From a bacterium (GTDB lineage: Bacteria; RBG-13-61-14; DATKZS01), in assembly GCA_963674965.2 (NCBI GenBank), contig CAXXFL010000005.1, positions 608,001 to 672,000 on the forward strand: a stretch of DNA of 64,000 nt. Reading direction: 5' to 3'. The translations under genes and the position numbers were made by a program. Shown one piece after another: positions 37,198-44,944 of this stretch (positions are counted from its first letter, which is position 1; the number at the start of each line of letters is the position of its first letter). The notes under the pieces were generated by a model, which ran no database searches, was not told where the DNA came from, and saw only the letters and a program-made list of their open reading frames with translations.

Positions 37198-37226
37198 ATT
37201 TTAACTACAAGAGGGGGTTATGTCAA
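37198..37226 (-). promoter_or_regulatory. Near-consensus sigma70 promoter of ileS
   Basis: TTGACA-17 nt-TAAAAT on the minus strand. Confidence 0.85.
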
Positions 37227-37507
37227 TCGGCAAAATGACCCGGCAAAGGGAAAGGAAAGGAAGCCTCAAATAACCCCCTGAAAATCGGAAACTTTATCAT
37301 TCCTCTAACGAAAGCCTAATAGGCGTATGGCCCTCGCGGGACCGGCGTTTCGCGTCGATCGATCATGACGGCCGGTTATTGGCGGCTTTTCCGGACCAGG
37401 AGACCGTCTTTTTCCGACCACTTGCCAAAGACGTCGCTTCATGTTTATATTTAGGGGCCTTGGCCTGGACCTAATCCCGGCCCTTCTAACCTTTCGGTAA
37501 CAAGGAG

Positions 37508-40093
37508 TTGACAGTGCGTATAAAGGACGTCTTAACTCACGGGAATCTCTTCACGATCACGGTCCTTTTTATTGCCTTTCTTTCGGCGGCGCCTCTTAAG
37601 GCGACTGAGCCGCGCCGGATTGACCCGGTCATCGTCAAGGGAGACAGACTGGAAAATCTGGCGGGGGTCTTGCCGGAGAGAATTTCCGTTTATTCCTTTC
37701 GGTCGGGCCGGTGGGAGGCCATCCCCTTCCAGATAGACGAGAGGATGGAGGTCCAGGCGTACAATACCTGGACCACGCGCCGGACCATTTTGACTTACGC
37801 CATGGACTCGGGGCCCAAGGCCGCGTCCGACCCCGATCCTTCTTTCGACCTCAACGACGAGCTGACCTTTATGGCTTCCGGGGCGGGTGACAGGAGCGGC
37901 GGTTTTCCGCCCGGGGCCTCCACCTGCGAGGAGATCGAGCTAAAGGAGCCGGATTCGGACGCCCGCTCCTACGTCTACGCCTGCCAGGGAAGCCAGGCCG
38001 TTAAATCGGACCTTGCCTACGTCACGGTCAACGGTCCCAACGAGATCGAGGGCTCGGGCTACGTGGTGAGTTTTCCCGACGGAAACCCGGTCAACTTCAA
38101 CGGCTTCCAGATAAGAGACGAGTCCGGGCTTTTGCCGGACCCAATCGACCGCTTCAAAATGGGAGTCAAGGTGAGTCTGTTATGGGGAGTGGCGGGTTAT
38201 CCTTTGTCCGACGCCGACTTTACCCATTACCTTCGCGGCACGCGGGCCGGTCCCATCCGGGTGATTCGAGAGTTCGAGTCGGTGCTCGAGACCTTTGCGG
38301 GAGCGCAGATACGGACCTATAACCACGTTTACTTCTACCCGAGCCATATCGAGTACGAGATGGATTTCAGGGGAGCGGCCAACTGGGGCAAATCGATCAA
38401 CCGCAGCGACCTGGTCCTGGCCCTCGACCTGGACGAGAACGGACGGGGCATGAGGTTCTATTCCCAGAACAACTCGAGGGGAGAACTGGTTGACGGCCGT
38501 ACCAACCCCTCCGAGCTTTACATGGATTACGGTCCCACCGAATGGGCGGCCGTTGCGGGGGAAGCGGGCAACATCGTGGTCCACCTTGGCCTGGACTCCC
38601 GGACCGACCTTTACAAGGACCTATACTACGCGGACAACGACGACAAGGGGGACCCGCCAGAGGAGGACCCCGGCATGGTGGGCAAGTTCGGATACATCGT
38701 CCGGAACATGCAAAAAGCCGGCTTCGATCAATTCCCAGTCAGGTTCGCGGTTTACGGGGAGGCGGGACAATTCTCCGAGCAATCGGTCCGTCCCCTGGTC
38801 CAGATGTACGACTCTCCCCTCGAGGTCTCGGTCAACCGCCACGAGTTTCCCGCCGTCAGGCCCAGCGCCGCGGCCGTCCCGGACGACAGGAAGGAAAGGC
38901 CTCAGTCGACCTTTGCCGAGCAGCGCTCGAGCTTCGAGTTCACCAGGTTTCTCTCCCCCGGCTTCATCATGGACCCCAACCTTTTGGGGACCGGTCCCGG
39001 CGTCAGTTACGTGGACGTTGACTTCCTGAAAACGGGCTCGTCCATGGGCTTCTTCGGCGCCTTTACCGACCGGGGCTACCAGGAGTACGATTTCTGGATG
39101 AGCGAGCTTAGGTTCATCGAGGGGGTGGACGCCTTTAAAATCGACGGCTATTACAATTCCTTTCCCGCTTCTCCCTTTTACGGCATCGGCAACGACACCT
39201 CGATGAATCATAAGACCTATTACTGGATCATCCAGGAAGGAGCGGCGTTTACCTTTGTCAATTATTTCGGTCGGATTTACGGGGCCGATATCCAGGTTGG
39301 CTATCGCCGCGTTTATATCGAGCCCGGCATCGAGCCCATGGGGGAGGACGTTCCCTCCTTCGAGGAGAAGTTCGGCCAGGACGACGAAATCGAGGGTTTC
39401 CGCTGGGGCCCCCCGGTTTACGGCCGGAAGGGCGGGTATCACAACGGGGTCGAGGTGTCGCTCTACCGTGACATGAGAAGCGCCCGGTATCTGCCCAAGT
39501 TCGGCAACTACCAGGAGTTCACCGTCGAGGCCGTGACCTCGGCCATGGGATCCGACTACGACTACGCCCGGGCCACTCTCGACCTTCGAGGATACTGGCA
39601 CCCCGATTTCCTCAACCCCATGCCCCTCCTGGACGACGTGGTGGGAGACCGGCGCACCTTCGGCCGCAAGTTTTTCGGACCCAACATGGACAGGACCCTG
39701 GCGGGAAGGATACTGCTCACCAGGCTCATCGCCGACGAGATATTCTACGAGGGAGAAAAGATACTGGACGTGCCCTTTTACGAGCTGACTTACATGGGCG
39801 ACGACGAGAACAACCGGGGATATTCGTCCCGGCGCTTCAGGGACAACGACATGGCAATGGTCAGCCTCGAATACAGGTGGAGGTTCTGGCGCTTCCAGGA
39901 CGCGGCACTGTTCTGGGACTGCGGAATGGTCATGAACGACATGTTCATGGCCGACAACTGGGAAAACGAGCTCCACCACGGATACGGCGCGAGTTGGAGG
40001 ATACACGTGCCTCCCCAGATAATCGTTACCCTCGAGCTTGGTTTCAGCGACGAGAACTCGGGCCTCATGTACCAGGCCAACGTGGCTTTCTAG
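37508..40093 (+). CDS. Fusion of an unknown ~440-aa secreted domain to a C-terminal Omp85 (BamA/TamA-type) beta-barrel
   Basis: Signal-peptide-like N-terminus; C-terminal NRGYSSRRFRDN...SLEYRW, ALFWDCGMV, HHGYGASWR, terminal F; TTG start. Confidence 0.75.
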   Translation: MTVRIKDVLTHGNLFTITVLFIAFLSAAPLKATEPRRIDPVIVKGDRLENLAGVLPERISVYSFRSGRWEAIPFQIDERMEVQAYNTWTTRRTILTYAMDSGPKAASDPDPSFDLNDELTFMASGAGDRSGGFPPGASTCEEIELKEPDSDARSYVYACQGSQAVKSDLAYVTVNGPNEIEGSGYVVSFPDGNPVNFNGFQIRDESGLLPDPIDRFKMGVKVSLLWGVAGYPLSDADFTHYLRGTRAGPIRVIREFESVLETFAGAQIRTYNHVYFYPSHIEYEMDFRGAANWGKSINRSDLVLALDLDENGRGMRFYSQNNSRGELVDGRTNPSELYMDYGPTEWAAVAGEAGNIVVHLGLDSRTDLYKDLYYADNDDKGDPPEEDPGMVGKFGYIVRNMQKAGFDQFPVRFAVYGEAGQFSEQSVRPLVQMYDSPLEVSVNRHEFPAVRPSAAAVPDDRKERPQSTFAEQRSSFEFTRFLSPGFIMDPNLLGTGPGVSYVDVDFLKTGSSMGFFGAFTDRGYQEYDFWMSELRFIEGVDAFKIDGYYNSFPASPFYGIGNDTSMNHKTYYWIIQEGAAFTFVNYFGRIYGADIQVGYRRVYIEPGIEPMGEDVPSFEEKFGQDDEIEGFRWGPPVYGRKGGYHNGVEVSLYRDMRSARYLPKFGNYQEFTVEAVTSAMGSDYDYARATLDLRGYWHPDFLNPMPLLDDVVGDRRTFGRKFFGPNMDRTLAGRILLTRLIADEIFYEGEKILDVPFYELTYMGDDENNRGYSSRRFRDNDMAMVSLEYRWRFWRFQDAALFWDCGMVMNDMFMADNWENELHHGYGASWRIHVPPQIIVTLELGFSDENSGLMYQANVAF

Positions 40094-40102
40094 GAGGAAA
40101 CA

Positions 40103-40462
40103 ATGCCCCGAGCGCAGCTTTTGGAGAGTTGGGTAACCGGCGTTCCGGCCGACCAGATATGGCCCCGGCTCGAGACTTTTTTCGCGGTCCATAACATAAA
40201 GAAGGTCGACTCCGGAGAGGGCTACATGCTGGGCGTGCAGGGCTCGCAATTGAAGTTCCGGATGCTCGGCGCCTGGCTGGCCAAGCCCGCGGACTTTCCC
40301 AAGAAAATGTCGGTGGCCTTCGAGAGGACCGAGACGGGTCTCATGGTCCACGCCAACATCGAGGAGGACATGGGACCGGGCGTCATGGTCGAGAAGACCA
40401 AGACCATATATATGCGCTATTTCCAGGACTGGATGAACGCGCTCAAGGCCACGCTGCCCTGA
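40103..40462 (+). CDS. Hypothetical protein, probably co-transcribed with the Omp85 fusion
   Basis: AGGAGG RBS overlaps the upstream stop codon; host-like codon usage. Confidence 0.75.
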   Translation: MPRAQLLESWVTGVPADQIWPRLETFFAVHNIKKVDSGEGYMLGVQGSQLKFRMLGAWLAKPADFPKKMSVAFERTETGLMVHANIEEDMGPGVMVEKTKTIYMRYFQDWMNALKATLP

Positions 40463-40466
40463 TATT

Positions 40467-40970
40467 TCAAGCTTTTTGGATGGTTGCCTCGACCCCGCCT
40501 TTATCGTTTACCTTAATTTCGGCGTAAGTCTTTCTTGTGGCCACCTTGCCCAAGGAGCCGGGATTGACTATTAAGATCCCCGCCAGATGGAGGATAAGAG
40601 GTTCGCGCGTATGGCCGAACAAGGCCACGGCCGCCCCCGCCTCATTTGCCAGCCGAGCCAGTTCACCCAGCTTTTCATCTCGCTTCTCCTCCGAGTCGGA
40701 ATTTTCAAGGCCCAGTTCGTGGCCGTGAACGGCGTAGAACTTTACCCCGCCGGACTCGAAGATAAGCTCGTCGCGAAGGTCAGGGCAACCGGGGAACTCG
40801 TCGTTACCGCGAAGGCCCACCACGTCCACGCCGTGCTCGGCAGCCAGGGCCACGGCGTCGAGAAGACTGTCGCCCAGATGAATGACGTGGTCCCATGGGC
40901 CGCGCTCGCGAATAACGGAGGCCGCCATGCCGGATTCTCCCCCCGTGTCGGACATGACAAGTAAACGCAT
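40467..40970 (-). CDS. YfcE/Vps29-type metallophosphoesterase family protein with degenerate metal ligands
   Basis: MSDTGG, IHLGDS, LRGNDE, VHGH, FGHTR and NPGS motifs. Confidence 0.82.
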   Translation of the reverse strand: MRLLVMSDTGGESGMAASVIRERGPWDHVIHLGDSLLDAVALAAEHGVDVVGLRGNDEFPGCPDLRDELIFESGGVKFYAVHGHELGLENSDSEEKRDEKLGELARLANEAGAAVALFGHTREPLILHLAGILIVNPGSLGKVATRKTYAEIKVNDKGGVEATIQKA

Positions 40971-41111
40971 CGATCGTTAAAGAATATCACGGACCTTAAA
41001 AAGCGCCAACCAACGGGTCATGGCTAATACTTAAATCTCAATATTTTCAGGCCATGAACCTGGACCGCGTTGGTCCACTCGTGGGGCATTGCCGGGCAAT
41101 AAAAGTCTTCG

Positions 41112-41127
41112 TGGCACAGGCTTTGCT
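41112..41127 (+). promoter_or_regulatory. sigma54 (-24/-12) promoter upstream of the chemotaxis cluster
   Basis: TGGCACAGGCTTTGCT, an exact TGGCAC-N5-TTGC match. Confidence 0.8.
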
Positions 41128-41592
41128 CATAATGGTGAACTAAGGATAAAACCAGGTCATGAAGACGAGTAATAAAAAACGCGAATCAAACGGAAAAAAG
41201 TTATCGGACTTAGCTCCCCCGTTTCGTAAAAAGGTTTGTAATTCATACGGGATGGGCGAAATTAAGCGCGAGCCATGGCCGTTCCCTGGTTCCGTGGTTT
41301 TCCCGTTTTTCCCCATGTCCGCTTTATCCCATTTTAAGAAATATAAGATTTTTCTTTCTCTTATAAGGGAAATTAACCATCGCCTCTCCAGCAAGCCATT
41401 TGGAGAGTTGAGAATATTATCATTTTATTTCAAAAGCTTAGACTTGACGCCTCGAGCTTTCCCCCAAAGCGGGAAGAAATTGACGCGAGAGGGAATTTTT
41501 CTCCCGACCGCCATGGTTAGTTTTTCCGCCGGAGACTTGGGAGCGGAAATCACATAATGACCTGAATTTAACAAACTTTCAGGGAGAGATAT

Positions 41593-44262
41593 ATGGACCT
41601 TAACGAAATTGCGGCATTGATCGTGGGAATAGGACCCGAGGACGAGGATGAACTAAAAACCCTGGCTTCAGGGCTGGAGAAGTTTGTCGAATCGGATAGC
41701 GTCTCGGAGCGGAAAAAGGAACTGGCCCAGGAAGCGGTTCGAGCGATATCCTCAATCCTGTCCGGAGAGAGCGGGGATTCGACTCAAATCTTTGACGACC
41801 TTTTGCTCATTATAGAGAGAATGCAAGAACCGGATGACGTTTCGCCATCCGGCGAAAGCGAGGTCGGCGTATCCGGGGAAGATGAAGAGATAGCTTCTCC
41901 CGAGCTTATCGAGGAGTTCATCAGCGAATGCACGGAGCATTTCCAGAACATCGAGCAGGGACTTCTCGAATTGGAAAGCGATCCCGAGGATGCCGAGGCC
42001 CTGGGCAAGACCTTCAGGGCTTTTCATACAATCAAAGGATCGGCCGGCTGGCTGGGTCTTTCGGACATACAGTCCCTGTCGGCCAAGGCGGAGGACCTCC
42101 TCGAGTGCGCCCGCTCGGGCCAGGTCAAACTGGCGGGCGTAAACGCCGACCGGGCCTTCCAGATGACCGACCTTTTGAAAAACGCTATTTTCGCGCTCAA
42201 TTACGGCGAAGAACTCGATAAGGAAGACAATCCGGAAGAAGGCCTTGAAGCTTGCGATCGGCCGGACGCCGAAGAAGAAGCCGTCCAGCCCATGGAATCG
42301 TCGGCGTCGTCCGAGGAAGAGTCGGATGAGCCAAAGGCCGAGTCTTCTCCCGAGGCGGAGGATACCCCGGCCGAGGAGGACGACGAGACCATTCCTCCCG
42401 ACGAGGTCATCGACGACCCCGAGCTTTTGACCGAGTTTATAAACGAGTCTTTGGACCATATTAGCCAGTCCGAGTCGGCCCTTCTTTCCCTCGAGACCAA
42501 CCCCGAGGACATGGAGGCGATCAACGCGGTCTTCCGCGCCTTTCACACCATGAAGGGGACCTCCGGTTTCCTGGGGCTGAACGCCATTCAACGGTTGGCC
42601 CACAGGGCCGAGAACCTGCTCGACCGCGCCCGTAACGGCGAGATAAGGATAGTGGGCGGATACGCGGACCTGGCCCTCGAGTCAGCGGACATGCTCAAAA
42701 ACATGATCAGCGAACTCAAGGAATGCCCGCCCGGCGAGCCTCCCCTGCGCCCGGAGGGGCTGATGACGCTGATCGAGCACCTGACCGAGCCCGAGGACCA
42801 CGGCGTAAACGAGTGCACGGGCCTCGAGATAAGCGGCGCGCCCCGCGTGGGCGATCTCCTTATCGCCGCGGGCAAGATAACTCAGAGCGAGGTGGATGAA
42901 GTAGCGAGGAACGCCAGGGGCAAAAAACTGGGCGAGGCCCTGATCGAGTCGGGCAAGGTAACGGCGGCCGACGTGGCCCATGCCCTGCGCATGCAAAAAA
43001 AGATCAACGACCCCGTCTGCCGGCGGGACTCCGGCGGCTCGGGGTCCGCTATCATGCAAAAACGGTCCGCCGTCCAGGCCGACGTGTCCGTGCGCGTGAG
43101 CACGCTCCGGCTGGACACGCTTATCAACACGGTGGGCGAGCTGGTTATTACCCAGGCCATGATCGCCCAGAACGGTTACGTAACAAGCGACGCTGACAGG
43201 AACCTGACCAGAAACGTAATGCGCATGAACAAAATCACGCGCGAGCTTCAGGACCTTTCCATGTCCATGCGCATGGTGCCCTTGAAGGGGACCTTCAGCA
43301 AGATGGCTCGCCTGGTTCGCGACCTGGCTCGGAAGAGCGGCAAGTCGGTCAATTTCGTAACCGAGGGCGAGGACACGGAGATCGACCGGAACATGGTCGA
43401 GGCCCTTAACGACCCTCTGGTCCACATGGTACGGAACGCCGTGGACCACGGCATCGAGCAGCCCGATGTCAGGACCGCCGCGGGCAAGCCCTCCGGCGGC
43501 AGGCTGGTATTGCGGGCCTACCACGCCGCCGGCAACGTGATCATCGAGCTTCAGGACGACGGCAAGGGCCTGGACAAGGAAAAGATCATTAAAAAGGCCG
43601 CGGACAAGGGCCTGATCGAGTCGAAAAAGGACCTGTCCGAGGCCGAGATATACAAGCTGATCTTCGCTCCCGGCTTCTCGACGGCGGACAAGGTAACGGA
43701 CGTTTCGGGCCGGGGCGTGGGCATGGACGTGGTCAAGAAGAACATCGAGTCCATGCGGGGCCGGGTCGAGGTCAACTCGGCCAAGGGGCAGGGATCGACC
43801 TTTCAGATACGAGTGCCCCTGACCCTGGCCATCATAGACGGAATGCTCCTGCAGGTGGGGACGGAGCATTACATAGTTCCCACCTTGAACGTGAACCAGG
43901 CTTTTCGGCCCGAGGCCTCGGCCCTCTCCACCGTGCAGGGAAGGGGCGAGATGGTCATGCTGCGGGGCAACTTGATTCCCGTGTTCCGGCTCCACCGCAT
44001 GTTCGAGGTGGAGAACGCCAAGGAGGAACCCACCGACGCCCTGCTCCTGGTGGTCGAGCACGAGGGAAGGATGGCGGCGCTTCTGGCGGACGAGCTTTTA
44101 GGCCAGCAACAGGTAGTAATTAAAAGCCTGGGCCGGGGTCTGGGCAAGATAGAGGGCGTGTCCGGGGCCGCCATCTTGGGTGACGGAAGGGTCGGCCTCA
44201 TCCTGGACATAGCCGGCGTGCTTAGTATAGCTCGCGGCGACTCGGCCATCGAGGCCGCGTAA
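41593..44262 (+). CDS. cheA: Chemotaxis histidine kinase CheA with two Hpt domains and an MshEN-like motif
   Basis: FRAFHTIKG and FRAFHTMKG; LD.LIN.VGELVI; DPLVHMVRNAVDHGIE; DDGKGL; FAPGFST...SGRGVGMDVV; C-terminal CheW domain. Confidence 0.96.
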   Translation: MDLNEIAALIVGIGPEDEDELKTLASGLEKFVESDSVSERKKELAQEAVRAISSILSGESGDSTQIFDDLLLIIERMQEPDDVSPSGESEVGVSGEDEEIASPELIEEFISECTEHFQNIEQGLLELESDPEDAEALGKTFRAFHTIKGSAGWLGLSDIQSLSAKAEDLLECARSGQVKLAGVNADRAFQMTDLLKNAIFALNYGEELDKEDNPEEGLEACDRPDAEEEAVQPMESSASSEEESDEPKAESSPEAEDTPAEEDDETIPPDEVIDDPELLTEFINESLDHISQSESALLSLETNPEDMEAINAVFRAFHTMKGTSGFLGLNAIQRLAHRAENLLDRARNGEIRIVGGYADLALESADMLKNMISELKECPPGEPPLRPEGLMTLIEHLTEPEDHGVNECTGLEISGAPRVGDLLIAAGKITQSEVDEVARNARGKKLGEALIESGKVTAADVAHALRMQKKINDPVCRRDSGGSGSAIMQKRSAVQADVSVRVSTLRLDTLINTVGELVITQAMIAQNGYVTSDADRNLTRNVMRMNKITRELQDLSMSMRMVPLKGTFSKMARLVRDLARKSGKSVNFVTEGEDTEIDRNMVEALNDPLVHMVRNAVDHGIEQPDVRTAAGKPSGGRLVLRAYHAAGNVIIELQDDGKGLDKEKIIKKAADKGLIESKKDLSEAEIYKLIFAPGFSTADKVTDVSGRGVGMDVVKKNIESMRGRVEVNSAKGQGSTFQIRVPLTLAIIDGMLLQVGTEHYIVPTLNVNQAFRPEASALSTVQGRGEMVMLRGNLIPVFRLHRMFEVENAKEEPTDALLLVVEHEGRMAALLADELLGQQQVVIKSLGRGLGKIEGVSGAAILGDGRVGLILDIAGVLSIARGDSAIEAA

Positions 44263-44319
44263 TAAAGATAATAAAAAAGGGCGGCAAGGACCGCCCGCAT
44301 CGGACAAGGAGGAATGAAA

Positions 44320-44817
44320 ATGAGTCAGACAACGGCGGCGGCCGAGGCGATCGAGGCATCGAGAAACCTTGGAGGCAAGTACCTGACCTTCATGCTCGGC
44401 AAGGAGGGATACGGCCTGGAAATCCTGAAGGTGAGGGAGATAATCGGCATGATGGACATCACGTCCGTTCCCCGCACTCCCGAGTTCGTCAAGGGCGTAA
44501 TCAATCTTCGCGGCAAGGTCATCCCCGTCATCGAGCTCCGTCTCAAGTTCGAGATGGAAGCCGTCGAGAGGACCGAGCAGACCTGTATCATCGTTGTGGA
44601 CGTGATGGGCGTGGAGATGGGGATCATCGTGGACCAGGTGTCCGAGGTGCTGGATATTTCCGGGGAGGACATCGAGGAAGCGCCGAGGTTCGGCATGGAA
44701 ATCGACACCAATTTCATTCTCGGCATGGGCAAGCAGGGGGGAAGGGTAACCATACTTCTCGATATCGGCAGGGTCCTGACGGGAGGAGAACTGGATTCAC
44801 TTAAGGCCATGACGTGA
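44320..44817 (+). CDS. cheW: Chemotaxis scaffold CheW
   Basis: YLTF.LG.E.YG..ILKVREII, VPRTP.FVKGVINLRGKVIPVI.LR; RBS spacing favours ATG 44320. Confidence 0.95.
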   Translation: MSQTTAAAEAIEASRNLGGKYLTFMLGKEGYGLEILKVREIIGMMDITSVPRTPEFVKGVINLRGKVIPVIELRLKFEMEAVERTEQTCIIVVDVMGVEMGIIVDQVSEVLDISGEDIEEAPRFGMEIDTNFILGMGKQGGRVTILLDIGRVLTGGELDSLKAMT

Positions 44818-44944
44818 TCGGTTTAACTACGTTAAGGGCAAAATCATCGAGTTAGGATTTCACAAGGAAGTTAATAAAAGTATCGCGCGCCCGCTAATAT
44901 CGAAAAGACCATGGACCCATTAATAAAATTCAGGGAGTTTTGAC

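Noticed and set aside
37035-37200. T-box riboswitch upstream of ileS
   Set aside because: No GGTGGNACCGCG T-box on the coding strand; a TGTGGTAGCCGC look-alike is on the wrong strand.
41159-41557. 132-aa ORF upstream of cheA as a confident CDS
   Set aside because: Atypical composition, weak RBS and no recognisable domain; kept only within the long-leader finding.
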